From Candidatus Levyibacteriota bacterium (lineage in GTDB: Bacteria > Patescibacteriota > Microgenomatia > Levybacterales > UBA12049): DNA of 64,000 nucleotides. Where the stretch lies: NCBI GenBank assembly GCA_963722305.1, contig CAVRKE010000002.1, positions 40,566 to 104,565 of the forward strand, written 5' to 3'. Positions 18,534 through 28,084 of the stretch are shown in pieces. Made by a program: the position numbers and the translations under genes. Each line of letters begins with the position of its first letter. The first letter of the stretch is position 1. The notes under the pieces are model-generated. The model saw only the letters and a list, made by a program, of their open reading frames with translations, was not told where the DNA came from and did no database searches.

Positions 18534-19454
18534 ATGAATAGTCCGAAACCAAGCCTTCACAAGCTTATCTATCACCACTTAAGATATACCAGACCACAAT
18601 GGTATAGGGATTACCACAAGTGGAAACACGTTGATACCCTGCATTGGCTGACGCTTATTTTTTCCTCCTTTGCAATTGTGGTCGGATTTATGAACGCCTT
18701 ATTGTTAATACAACAGTCTCCCTTGAATTCTACTTATGCCGCTTCCGGAACAACCACTATCAGTCAGCAAGTTAACGCCGGAACGCTCAATATCAGTACC
18801 AATACCAGTTCTACCTTAACGGCCGTGACTGTCAACGCCACCTCCAGCCAATCTTCTACCGGTAACCTTGGCACATTAACTGTTACCGATAACCGGGGTT
18901 CGGGTGTCGGCTGGTCTTCAACCGCCACCAGTAGCGACTTCACCTTTATTAACGCGGCGGTAAAAGTGTCCGGCTCAAATAGTACGGTCACTTCCGGAGG
19001 AACCTATACTAATTCAACCGCCGGCACTTATACGATTACCATTACTACCGGCGGAGCGGTTGGGGTGGCCAAATTTAGCGTAGCGGGCTTAGAATCCGCC
19101 TCCAACCAGACTACCGGCACAGGAGTAGCTATTGGCACCAGAGGCGTAACCGCGACTTTTGGTACCGCCACCTACGCACTTAGCGATTCCTGGACGATTC
19201 GGGTGGATACAATACCGGTAACTAATTTAATGCTTACTCCCAATACTTTTACCACCGTCGCCGGTTCCTCAACCGGTGTTAGTAACGGAACCGCGCATAC
19301 TTTTACCACCACTTCAGACCCGGCAACTATCATTACCGCCTCCTCGGGCAACGGAATGGGCTCTTATTCGGATAATCCGGCCCTACAGCTGACTGTTCCG
19401 GCTGCATCTTATGCAAATTCTTATACGGCAACCATTACCGAAACCGTCAATTAA
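18534..19454 (+). CDS. WxL-like cell-surface protein (CscB-like paralogue)
   Basis: Paralogue of the 13428 gene: DNRGSGVGWSSTATSSDF and ALQLTVPAASYANSYTATI. Confidence 0.5.
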   Translation: MNSPKPSLHKLIYHHLRYTRPQWYRDYHKWKHVDTLHWLTLIFSSFAIVVGFMNALLLIQQSPLNSTYAASGTTTISQQVNAGTLNISTNTSSTLTAVTVNATSSQSSTGNLGTLTVTDNRGSGVGWSSTATSSDFTFINAAVKVSGSNSTVTSGGTYTNSTAGTYTITITTGGAVGVAKFSVAGLESASNQTTGTGVAIGTRGVTATFGTATYALSDSWTIRVDTIPVTNLMLTPNTFTTVAGSSTGVSNGTAHTFTTTSDPATIITASSGNGMGSYSDNPALQLTVPAASYANSYTATITETVN

Positions 19455-19458
19455 AAAT

Positions 19459-21051
19459 ATGCTTAAATTACTTTCCAGATTTAAGAAACAATTCGTAATC
19501 GGCTTGTTTTTGTTTTCTGCCTTAGTTTTTTTCTTCAGTGTCAGTCGTACTTTTGCCGCCGAGGGAAACCTGGGGGCATATCCGACCAATTTTGACGAAA
19601 GCAATCCGAAAACCAAATCCTGGTTTATTTACCAATTAAAACCGGGCGAGTCAAAAGACGACAGCATCACAGTTGTTAATAATTCCGATAAAGAATTGAG
19701 CGTTAGAGTATATGCTGTTGATGCCACCACCACCAGTGACGGGGCCTTTGCCCTTCTCAATGAAAACCAAAGGCAGAATGATGTCGGCAGCTGGGTCAGT
19801 ATCTCCAAGGATGTCATTACCATTGCACCGAGAAGCCGCATCGATGTGCCCTTTACTATTTCTATTCCCAAATACGTTACTGTCGGAGATCACGCCGGCG
19901 GGATTATTGTTCAAGAAGCAACCGCTCCTACAGCCGCTAATGCAGGGATGGCCTTGAATATTGTCTCCAGAGTCGGCACCAGGATTTACGAAACAGTACC
20001 GGGAGACAAAGTGATTAAGCTGGACCTGACCGGTTTTGCTTACAAAATTATCGACACGCATCTGGTTTTTACTTTTAATTTGGTGAATCAAGGCAACGTG
20101 ATTTTAAATCCAACCGGAGACTTGGAAGTTAAAGACTATACCGGTAAAACGATTGATAAGATTACCCTCGGCAATTTGGGTTCGGTTTTTCCCGGAAAAC
20201 CGACCGCTATCACCGTCGCATCCACCCAGACCGCTCCTATATTTGGGCAATATACGGCAGTGGCAACTGTCAATTATTCTCCGATCGAGTCTATTTCTAA
20301 GAGCTTAACGTTCTTTATTTACGTCAACGACTGGCGCTACGCCTCAATAATTCCACTGGCGCTATTGGCACTCTTGATTTTATTTAGAGTGCGTAAAATT
20401 ATTCCTTCCTGGTTTAGAAACCGCCGCAGATTTACCGACACCGTAATTCCCGCGCCCCAACCGGCTCCGGCCATTGCGAAAAGCGTGGGAAAGAAACACC
20501 AGAAAGAACCGCTTATTTTAGCCGAGGAGCAAGCTATACCGGAAAATTACGTCGACAGTTTATTTGTGGCGCACCACCTTAAACTACTGGTTATTCTAAA
20601 CGCAATTGTTATCGTAGTCCTTAGTATTTTGTTCGGATTTATCTTGCAATCTTCGGTAATTACGAAAATAACTTCGGCTGCAAACGGTAATAATCCTTCC
20701 CTACCCGCTTCTAATGTTAATCCCCAGCCGACGGCTGTTCCGCCTCCGGCTGCACCCCCAGCCTCTGCCCCGGTGCCGACCGTAGCAAAAGCGGATATGC
20801 AAATTCAAATCTTAAACGGAGGCGGTGTGATTGGCGCTGCCAAAGCTTTAGCCGACAAACTAACCGCGGCCGGTTTTAACATCACCCAAATCGGCAATGC
20901 CGCTACCGAATCGGCCCAAACAATTGTTGAATATCCTGATCTGCAAAGTTCGGGAACAAACCTGTTAATCAATGCCTTGGAACCCGATTATTCAAATGTG
21001 GTAGAACAGTCCACCGATTCCTCTTATTTTGTAATCATTATCGGGAGATAA
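19459..21051 (+). CDS. DUF916-like surface protein with TM segment and C-terminal LytR_C-type domain
   Basis: KSWFIYQLKPGESKDDSITVVNNSDKELSVRVYAVD (DUF916-like), TM helix, Pro-rich linker, C-terminal MQIQILNGGGVIGAAKALADKLTAAGFNITQIGNA...IVEY (LytR_C-like). Probable start ATG 19459 (MLKLLSRF) 4 nt after the upstream stop. The ORF track gives 19411. Confidence 0.5.
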   Translation: MLKLLSRFKKQFVIGLFLFSALVFFFSVSRTFAAEGNLGAYPTNFDESNPKTKSWFIYQLKPGESKDDSITVVNNSDKELSVRVYAVDATTTSDGAFALLNENQRQNDVGSWVSISKDVITIAPRSRIDVPFTISIPKYVTVGDHAGGIIVQEATAPTAANAGMALNIVSRVGTRIYETVPGDKVIKLDLTGFAYKIIDTHLVFTFNLVNQGNVILNPTGDLEVKDYTGKTIDKITLGNLGSVFPGKPTAITVASTQTAPIFGQYTAVATVNYSPIESISKSLTFFIYVNDWRYASIIPLALLALLILFRVRKIIPSWFRNRRRFTDTVIPAPQPAPAIAKSVGKKHQKEPLILAEEQAIPENYVDSLFVAHHLKLLVILNAIVIVVLSILFGFILQSSVITKITSAANGNNPSLPASNVNPQPTAVPPPAAPPASAPVPTVAKADMQIQILNGGGVIGAAKALADKLTAAGFNITQIGNAATESAQTIVEYPDLQSSGTNLLINALEPDYSNVVEQSTDSSYFVIIIGR

Positions 21052-21116
21052 TAAAAATTGCTGATTAGAAAGTTTTTCTTTTACCCGAAGCCTCTTAAAC
21101 TTTATAAAATAACGGC

Positions 21117-21647
21117 TTATATTTGCGGTGTGGCAACGGCAACAAACCTCTTGCTATCCAAAAACCCGGTGCAGGTATAAATGGTGATTCTACTGTCTTT
21201 TGTTTGCGCTAAAATATGCGTCTCATTGGGGTCGACTACCGAAGTAAACTGAATCACAAACGTTCTTGTTTGCCCGTTATTTAGAACAATTTGAATCGTT
21301 TGCCCCGGTTTCATATTAGTCAATTTACCCAGCAGACTTATCCAATTATGTCCGTATAAAATGCTGTTGCCTCTGGCGCCCGGAACCGGAGAGGATAAAA
21401 GATAAGAAATACCCTTATCGGTTGTTTCCCATTGCCCGTTGGTAATTTTTGCACCATAGATTCCTTCGTCTATTTTTTGTGACGGGATAATTATCCTCAC
21501 GGGAATTAAATTTGAACTCGAAGCACTAACTACTTTTAGATTGTTGAATTCAATTGTTTTTGGACTGTAACGCTGAAAAACCAAGTAGGCACCAAAAAGT
21601 AGTAATAATAGGCCTGAGAAAATTAGAAATTTAGAAGAGAGGCTCAT
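21117..21647 (-). CDS. Sortase (small, class A/E-like)
   Basis: N-terminal TM anchor. Catalytic His in ILYGHNW, Cys in RITIYTCTG (TLxTC-type), Arg in KRFVAVA. Confidence 0.75.
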   Translation of the reverse strand: MSLSSKFLIFSGLLLLLFGAYLVFQRYSPKTIEFNNLKVVSASSSNLIPVRIIIPSQKIDEGIYGAKITNGQWETTDKGISYLLSSPVPGARGNSILYGHNWISLLGKLTNMKPGQTIQIVLNNGQTRTFVIQFTSVVDPNETHILAQTKDSRITIYTCTGFLDSKRFVAVATPQI

Positions 21648-21660
21648 TTTTTCCTTCCTT

Positions 21661-22302
21661 TTATTGCTTTTTCTTTAAAGCCGAAAGAACTCCGCCGCCA
21701 AGCAAAGCCAGCCCCAAGGTGAATACGCTTAAGATAAAGACGATGTTACCGGTTGAAGCCAGTCCAAGCACTGCTTGTGTTGAAGCAGCTAAAACCTGCG
21801 GTGCCTGGGTGCATGACGGACAACTGGATAATCCATCACTTCTTCCGTCTCCACCGCCGCCTCCGCCACCGCCGCCACCCGAATTTGAAGAAGGAGCGCT
21901 GCAGCTATAGCTTAAGTTTTGGGCCAAATAAGGAGCTGCTTCTAATCCCCAGGCCGAACCGTCGGGGATATAAATCCAACCCTGATTAACTAAAACGTCT
22001 TTTTGGTCCTCTGTTAAACTGGATATTTTCCACCAGTTGGTTTGTATTCCACCACCGTTAACGGTACATAAACACTGCGTGACGGTTGCCTCATCCAAAG
22101 TATAAACCGTATCGCTTCCTGTATAAGTGGTGCTGTCTCCCGGTACGCCATGGACTCCGTCCGCGTAGCTTACCGTTACATCTCCTTGGGGATTAAGACA
22201 AGCGGGAAAAGTGGGAGAAACTACGGCGTATGCCGGTCTAACAAAAGCCGATAATAAAATTGCTATTGACAATACCTGTAAAAATAAATACTTGCCTGAC
22301 AT
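21661..22302 (-). CDS. Secreted Cys-containing protein with poly-Gly tract and C-terminal LAxTG-type sorting signal (putative sortase substrate)
   Basis: Signal peptide. GGGGGGGGGGG tract. C-terminus LASTG + hydrophobic segment + KKKQ. Confidence 0.5.
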   Translation of the reverse strand: MSGKYLFLQVLSIAILLSAFVRPAYAVVSPTFPACLNPQGDVTVSYADGVHGVPGDSTTYTGSDTVYTLDEATVTQCLCTVNGGGIQTNWWKISSLTEDQKDVLVNQGWIYIPDGSAWGLEAAPYLAQNLSYSCSAPSSNSGGGGGGGGGGDGRSDGLSSCPSCTQAPQVLAASTQAVLGLASTGNIVFILSVFTLGLALLGGGVLSALKKKQ

Positions 22303-22604
22303 AAAATATATTAAAGCTGTTTTTTTCTATTCAGCAAAATGTTATAGGATTATAGCACTCTTTTTGGAAATGTCAACAGTCAATCCTATAATACTAGCTT
22401 GAGCGTAAGCAACCATTAAACTAAAAGTAATTCCTTTGTTTTAAAACCGCAGCCAATAAAACCCTTTCTGCTTTTTTGAATAATAATTTAAAATTTATGC
22501 TGTAAATTAGATTACAAAATCCAAGTAATTATGTTTACTGAAAGGCTAATTCTTCATCACATATAGTTGATTTAGTAGAACTACACACTATATATATTAA
22601 GACT

Positions 22605-22847
22605 ATGGCACAAACACATCTTGTAAACGCTAAAGGGAATATTCATTCAACCAAAACGGTTTCGGATCACTTGATGCAAGAGCTGATTAGCGCCATGAAA
22701 GACGTGGACGCTTTTGGTAGCGTGGAGATTATGATTCAAGATTATGCGGTGACGCAAATAACGCACCGTTGCATTAGAAAAACAAATGGCTTCCATGAGG
22801 AAGAAACCATAAAGAAAATGAGTTACAAAATGCACCCGGAAGAATAA
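22605..22847 (+). CDS. Small YezD/DUF2292-like protein
   Basis: 80 aa. GSVEIMIQDYAVTQITHRCIRKT resembles the YezD motif. Followed by a strong terminator. Confidence 0.4.
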   Translation: MAQTHLVNAKGNIHSTKTVSDHLMQELISAMKDVDAFGSVEIMIQDYAVTQITHRCIRKTNGFHEEETIKKMSYKMHPEE

Positions 22848-22884
22848 TCTAAAGAAAAGCAGAGGTTATGCCGACCGCAACCGG

Positions 22885-22917
22885 AGGCACCCGTCGAAGA
22901 GGGTGCCTTTTTTTTTA
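22885..22917 (+). terminator. Intrinsic terminator AGGCACCC-GTCGAAGA-GGGTGCCT + T9
   Basis: Read from the sequence. Confidence 0.7.
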
Positions 22918-23009
22918 TTTAAAAATTAAACAAAAATATGTAGATTGATATACAAACAATATGGGATATAAATAAACATAAGTAAAAATAGACATATATC
23001 ATTTTATCA

Positions 23010-23273
23010 TTGACAAACTTAGCAGAATATGATATATATAAACACTCTGTCTTAACTATGAGATATAATAGTGGCAATAACGGTACTAATAAATTCCTGA
23101 CTGTACAGGAAGTCTCTTCTCTTCTGCGTCTGAGCATGCTGACGATTTATAAGTATATTAAAGAAGGAAAAATCTCCGTCGTCGAATTTGGCGGCCACTA
23201 CCGAATCAGCACTGCCTCACTAAATACTTTCATTCAAGAACATACTTTCGAAGAGAAAAAGGAGGAAAAGTAA
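23010..23273 (+). CDS. Excisionase-family helix-turn-helix DNA-binding protein
   Basis: FLTVQEVSSLLRLSMLTIYKYIKEGKISVVEFGGHYRISTASLNTFIQ (HTH_17/excisionase-type). Ends 1 nt before the GT megagene. Confidence 0.55.
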   Translation: MTNLAEYDIYKHSVLTMRYNSGNNGTNKFLTVQEVSSLLRLSMLTIYKYIKEGKISVVEFGGHYRISTASLNTFIQEHTFEEKKEEK

Positions 23274-23274
23274 G

Positions 23275-26274
23275 ATGAAAACCCGAGAAATAAGCGTGGT
23301 TATACCTATCTATAATGAGGCGAAAAACTTGCCGGAACTAATTACGCGTCTTGAACAAGCGCTTGATAAAACCGGGAAAAAATATGAATTGCTGTTTATT
23401 GACGACCATTCGACTGATGATACGGACAAAGTTTTTCAGGCACGAAAAGACGACCAAAATTTAGTCTTGCTTAAAAAGAAAGGCCAAAAAGGCAAAGCTT
23501 ATTCGCTTACGGAAGGTTTTGCTGCTGCCACAGGGGACGCGGTCGTCATGATTGATGCGGATTTACAGTATCCGCCGGAAGCAATCCCCGGAATGGTAGA
23601 AGCTTTGGAAAATGCGGATATCGTAGTCGCCAACAGGAAAAACTATCAAGATTCCCTGCTTAGAAAAGCGCTGAGCAGGACTTTCAGGTTTGGCTTTGGC
23701 AGACTGCTTTTCGGGCTTAACCACGATATTCAATCGGGCCTGAAAGTTTTTTCCCGCGACGTTATTCAAACGATTAATTTTGCGCCTGCATCCGCGTGGA
23801 CTTTTGATTTGGAAATGCTGCATATCGCCCGACATGCGGGATACTCCATAAAAAACTTTGACATTGATTTTGAAAGAAGAAAAAACGGGCATTCAAATGT
23901 TAATGTGCTTAAAACTGCTTTTGAAATTGGCTTTAATTCCCTAAAGCTGCGGACAAAACGGCTTAGTCCCATAACCGTTAAACCGCAAAACGCCGGAAAT
24001 ATGCTTGGAGCAGGTGTTAGGTATAAAAAAAGAGTTTACGTCACACATACGACGCTGTCCCATCATGTGTCCGCACTAAGGACATTTACCTTTTTACAAA
24101 AAGGCATTATCACGCTTTTCCTGATTACTATAATAGTAGGGCTTGCCTTAAAGCCCCTGTTTACCCTTCAAGCTTTAGTGGCTCTTTTAAGCCTGATCTA
24201 TTTTATTGATGTTTTCTTTAATCTTTTTCTGATATTAAAAAGTCTTTCTTTCCCTCAGGAAATTGTTTCTACAGATAAAGAATTGGCCCAAATTAACGAT
24301 AAAGACTTACCGGTTTACACAATTCTTTGTCCTTTATACCGGGAGGCCCATGTTATTCCGCAGTTTATGAATGCGATTAGAAAGCTTTCTTATCCTCGGG
24401 AGAAACTGGATGTAATTCTGCTTTTGGAAGAAGACGACGAAGAATCGATTGCGTCTGTGAAAAAAATGAGATTGCCTGCCTTTGTACGTACCGTTATTGT
24501 TCCTCATTCTATTCCAAAAACCAAGCCGAAAGCCTGCAATTACGGGTTAGCTTTTGCCCGGGGAGAATATTTGGTTATTTTTGATGCCGAAGATATTCCC
24601 GAGCCGATGCAGCTTAAAAAAGCCGTCTTAGGCTTTCAGAAAGTGCCGGCCAATACAATTTGCCTTCAGGCAAAACTTAACTATTATAATCCGCACCAAA
24701 ATCTTTTAACGCGCTTTTTTACCGCCGAGTATTCTTTATGGTTTGACGTAACCCTAACCGGACTGCAATCCATTAACACCACTATTCCTTTGGGAGGAAC
24801 TTCAAACCATTTTAAGATTGAAAGCCTGCGGAAAGTAGAAGGCTGGGATCCGTTTAACGTCACCGAAGACGCGGACCTGGGCATGCGGCTTTTTAAGCGG
24901 GGCTACAAAACCGCCATTATTGACTCCATAACACTTGAGGAAGCAAACAGCAAATACGGCAACTGGCTAAGACAGCGCTCCCGATGGATAAAAGGCTACA
25001 TGCAGACCTACCTGGTGCATGTTCGGGAAACTCTTTCTTTTACTAAAGAGCAGGGCATTCATTCGCTTATTTTTCAGCTTATTATCGGCGGGAAAATCGC
25101 CTTTGTTCTCATTAATCCCCTTTTGTGGCTGGCGACCATTGCCTATTTTACGCTTTACGCTTTTGTCGGTCCGCAGATAGAAGCTTTATACCCGTCGGGC
25201 GTGTTTTACATGGCCGTCGTCTCTTTAGTTTTTGGGAATTTCTTGTTCCTTTACTACTACATGATTGGCGTTGCCAAAAAAGAGCAATGGACGCTGATGA
25301 AGTTTGTTCTTTTAATCCCGATTTACTGGCTGATGATAAGCGTTGCCGCGTTTATCGCTTTATACCAACTGATTTTTAAACCGCATTATTGGGAAAAAAC
25401 AGTGCACGGATTCCATCTTGCGCCAAGTAAAAAAGTTCCGGCCGTTTTCGCTACTGCCATTGCTACGGAAGAAGTCATTTATCTAGCTCCTTTCAGATGG
25501 AGGGCTTTACCAGAAAAAATCGCAACCAGGATAGTGTTTGTTCAAAGCAAAATAATAGAATCGGGGCTAAAGCTCTCCTTACTGATAACAACAGCGATAA
25601 CTACGCTCTTGGATAAAAAGAATTTATACCTTAGTGGAGTCTTATTAATAAGCGCTACGATGACGTCTAACATTCTGAACTTAATCTTTAATATTTATTT
25701 AGGCAGAGCGCTGAGCCTTGAGGAGTTTGGTGAAATAAGTTTATTTACTAGCCTTTTGTACTTAGTTTCTATTCCTTTGGGATCTTTTTCGTCTACGATT
25801 TCGCACAACATTGCCTACCTGTATGGCAAACAATCTAAAGAACATGCACAGGGATACCTTAAATATATTTTTAGAAAATCTCTTGTTTTTGGAATTATTC
25901 TTAGCACGTTATGGTTTTTGCTAACTCCATTTTTGTCAAAGTTTTTCCAGACCGAGTCTCTGGTTCCGATCATCCTTTTTTCACCAATTTGGTTTATAAA
26001 CGTAGCCAGTTCTAATTTCTCAGGATTTTTTGCGGGAACATTATCTTTCGGGAAAAAAGGGTTGATACTTCTGACAGAGTCGGTCGCCAGGCTAATACTG
26101 GCAATTTTATTGGTTTCTGCCGGCTTTTCAAATATTGTATTCTTGGCGATTGTTTCATCTTTAAGCATATCGGTTATAGTCGGTTGGTTATTAGCAAAAG
26201 GGGATCAGGCAAAAGAAGTATCCGTAGCGGACAGAAAGTTTAATTTTACCTTTCTTTCTAACTTCCAATCTTAA
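23275..26274 (+). CDS. Multidomain glycan-synthesis protein: DPM1-like GT2, cellulose-synthase-like processive GT2 (QxxRW), then the N-terminal half of a Wzx-type flippase
   Basis: Domain 1: VVIPIYNEAKNLPEL...LLFIDDHSTDDT...MIDADLQYPPE. Domain 2: YTILCPLYREAH...IFDAEDIPEP...QRSRWIKGYMQ. Flippase start: LGRALSLEEFGE with 6 TMs. The flippase continues out of frame in the next ORF. Confidence 0.7.
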   Translation: MKTREISVVIPIYNEAKNLPELITRLEQALDKTGKKYELLFIDDHSTDDTDKVFQARKDDQNLVLLKKKGQKGKAYSLTEGFAAATGDAVVMIDADLQYPPEAIPGMVEALENADIVVANRKNYQDSLLRKALSRTFRFGFGRLLFGLNHDIQSGLKVFSRDVIQTINFAPASAWTFDLEMLHIARHAGYSIKNFDIDFERRKNGHSNVNVLKTAFEIGFNSLKLRTKRLSPITVKPQNAGNMLGAGVRYKKRVYVTHTTLSHHVSALRTFTFLQKGIITLFLITIIVGLALKPLFTLQALVALLSLIYFIDVFFNLFLILKSLSFPQEIVSTDKELAQINDKDLPVYTILCPLYREAHVIPQFMNAIRKLSYPREKLDVILLLEEDDEESIASVKKMRLPAFVRTVIVPHSIPKTKPKACNYGLAFARGEYLVIFDAEDIPEPMQLKKAVLGFQKVPANTICLQAKLNYYNPHQNLLTRFFTAEYSLWFDVTLTGLQSINTTIPLGGTSNHFKIESLRKVEGWDPFNVTEDADLGMRLFKRGYKTAIIDSITLEEANSKYGNWLRQRSRWIKGYMQTYLVHVRETLSFTKEQGIHSLIFQLIIGGKIAFVLINPLLWLATIAYFTLYAFVGPQIEALYPSGVFYMAVVSLVFGNFLFLYYYMIGVAKKEQWTLMKFVLLIPIYWLMISVAAFIALYQLIFKPHYWEKTVHGFHLAPSKKVPAVFATAIATEEVIYLAPFRWRALPEKIATRIVFVQSKIIESGLKLSLLITTAITTLLDKKNLYLSGVLLISATMTSNILNLIFNIYLGRALSLEEFGEISLFTSLLYLVSIPLGSFSSTISHNIAYLYGKQSKEHAQGYLKYIFRKSLVFGIILSTLWFLLTPFLSKFFQTESLVPIILFSPIWFINVASSNFSGFFAGTLSFGKKGLILLTESVARLILAILLVSAGFSNIVFLAIVSSLSISVIVGWLLAKGDQAKEVSVADRKFNFTFLSNFQS

Positions 26275-26302
26275 CGGAATTTCCCTTATTACCTTTCTTA
26301 CT

Positions 26303-26914
26303 TTGGATGTTATTCTGGTAAAACACTTTTTAACTCCAACGGCAGCGGGCCAATATGGGCTTCTGTCTTTAATTGGGAAAATGACTTACTTTCTCGGCTC
26401 GTTATTCGTACCTTTTGTAATCCCGATAATCTCTCACCATGAGGGAGCAAAGAAGAACAGCGAGCAGGTTTTTCTATTCCTCTTTGCTACAACATTTGCC
26501 TTTTGCGCCGCTTCATTTGTGGGACTGGGTTTATTGGGACAATACATTGTTCCGCTAATTTTTGGGGCAAAAACCCAAGCAATCATTCCCCTTCTGGCGC
26601 CATACGTTTTAGCCATGGCAATTTTTACAATATCGCAGCCTATTGTTTCCTATTTCCAGGCTAAAGAGAATTACTCTTTTACAATAGTCGGATTTTTAGT
26701 TGCACTTATCCAAATCGGTCTAACCTGTTTATTCCATGAAAACCTTGAGCAAATAGTTTTAGTCATGCTTACCACAAGCATTATTAATCTCACTTTAATG
26801 GCCCCGCTTTACGCTTTTCAGAAAGAAGTTAAAATAATAACTTCAAATCTTAAGGACTTTTACGGTCTCTTTAACTCTGTAAGGTGGAGAAAAAACCTGA
26901 ATACAATCCTTTAG
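26303..26914 (+). CDS. C-terminal half of the Wzx-like flippase (out of frame with the upstream ORF; frameshift or sequencing error)
   Basis: VILVKHFLTPTAAGQYGLLSL... is the polysacc_synt_C-type region. Deleting one T from TTTT at about 26243-26247 restores a continuous ...DRKFNLPFFLTSNLNGISLITFLTLDVILVKHFL... reading frame. Confidence 0.55.
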   Translation: MDVILVKHFLTPTAAGQYGLLSLIGKMTYFLGSLFVPFVIPIISHHEGAKKNSEQVFLFLFATTFAFCAASFVGLGLLGQYIVPLIFGAKTQAIIPLLAPYVLAMAIFTISQPIVSYFQAKENYSFTIVGFLVALIQIGLTCLFHENLEQIVLVMLTTSIINLTLMAPLYAFQKEVKIITSNLKDFYGLFNSVRWRKNLNTIL

Positions 26915-26929
26915 ACAAACTCAGAATTC

Positions 26930-28012
26930 TTGATTCTTAACTGGAGGGATACAAAGCATAAATGGGCAGGCGGAGCGGAGGTTTACGTCCATGAGCTGGC
27001 TAAACTTTGGGTCAAAGACGGAAATAGCGTCACGCTTTTTTGCGGAAACGATGGCCATGAGGTAAGAAACGAAGTCATTGACGGCATCCAAATCTACAGA
27101 CGCGGAGGGTTTTACACTGTTTATGTTTGGGCGCTTTTGTATTACCTGTTTCGCTTCAGGGGAAAATATGATGTGATTATTGATTCGGAAAACGGCATTC
27201 CCTTCTTTAGCCCGCTCTATGCAAATATTCATAAGTTTTTGCTTATTCATCATGTTCATCAGGAGGTGTTTAGAAAAAGCTTAAGGTGGCCGCTTTCAAC
27301 CATCGCCTTGTTCTTGGAGGCAAAGCTGATGCCTCTGGTTTACAGAAATGTACAGGTGGTCACTGTTTCACCTTCTTCCAAAGAGGAAATATTAAGGCAT
27401 GGGCTTACCAAAAAGGAACCACTCACTATTTATAACGGGGTTGACACTCTCAAGTTTAAACCCGGCCAAAAAAGCGAAAAACCGTTAGTCTTATACCTGG
27501 GAAGACTGCAGCGCTACAAGAGTTTGGATATTTTTATCAAAGCGGCTAAAGGAATTTTAGCACAAATTCCGGAGACTGAATTTGTCATTGCCGGAGAAGG
27601 AGGAGAAAAGATGCATCTAATTAAATTAGCCAAAAAAATGGGAATTTTAGACAAAATTAAATTCACCGGAAAAGTAACCGAGGAGGAAAAAATTGCACTT
27701 TTCCAAAAAGCCTGGGTTTTCATGAATCCCTCACTAATGGAAGGCTGGGGCATTACCACTATCGAGGCAAATGCCTGCGGTACACCAACCATCGCTTCCA
27801 ATGTTCCCGGGCTTAGGGACTCGGTCAGCAATTTAAAAACCGGAATTCTTGCCGATTATGGAAATAATGAAGCTTTTGCCCAAGACGCGATTATTCTTCT
27901 TCAAGACAAAATTTTAAGGAAAGAAATGTCTTTAAACGCTATTGAATGGGCCAAAAATATAGCTGGGAACAAAGCGCAATGGTCTTCTATGAGACATTAT
28001 CAAATCACTTAG
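26930..28012 (+). CDS. GT4 family glycosyltransferase
   Basis: Glycos_transf_1 motif EGWGITTIEANACGTPTIASNVPGLRDSV. Confidence 0.8.
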   Translation: MILNWRDTKHKWAGGAEVYVHELAKLWVKDGNSVTLFCGNDGHEVRNEVIDGIQIYRRGGFYTVYVWALLYYLFRFRGKYDVIIDSENGIPFFSPLYANIHKFLLIHHVHQEVFRKSLRWPLSTIALFLEAKLMPLVYRNVQVVTVSPSSKEEILRHGLTKKEPLTIYNGVDTLKFKPGQKSEKPLVLYLGRLQRYKSLDIFIKAAKGILAQIPETEFVIAGEGGEKMHLIKLAKKMGILDKIKFTGKVTEEEKIALFQKAWVFMNPSLMEGWGITTIEANACGTPTIASNVPGLRDSVSNLKTGILADYGNNEAFAQDAIILLQDKILRKEMSLNAIEWAKNIAGNKAQWSSMRHYQIT

Positions 28013-28084
28013 AAAGAAATCCAATCGTAAGAAGCAATGGATTAGCTTACGTACTGAACAGGTTTATGTCTTTATTGTAAAAAT

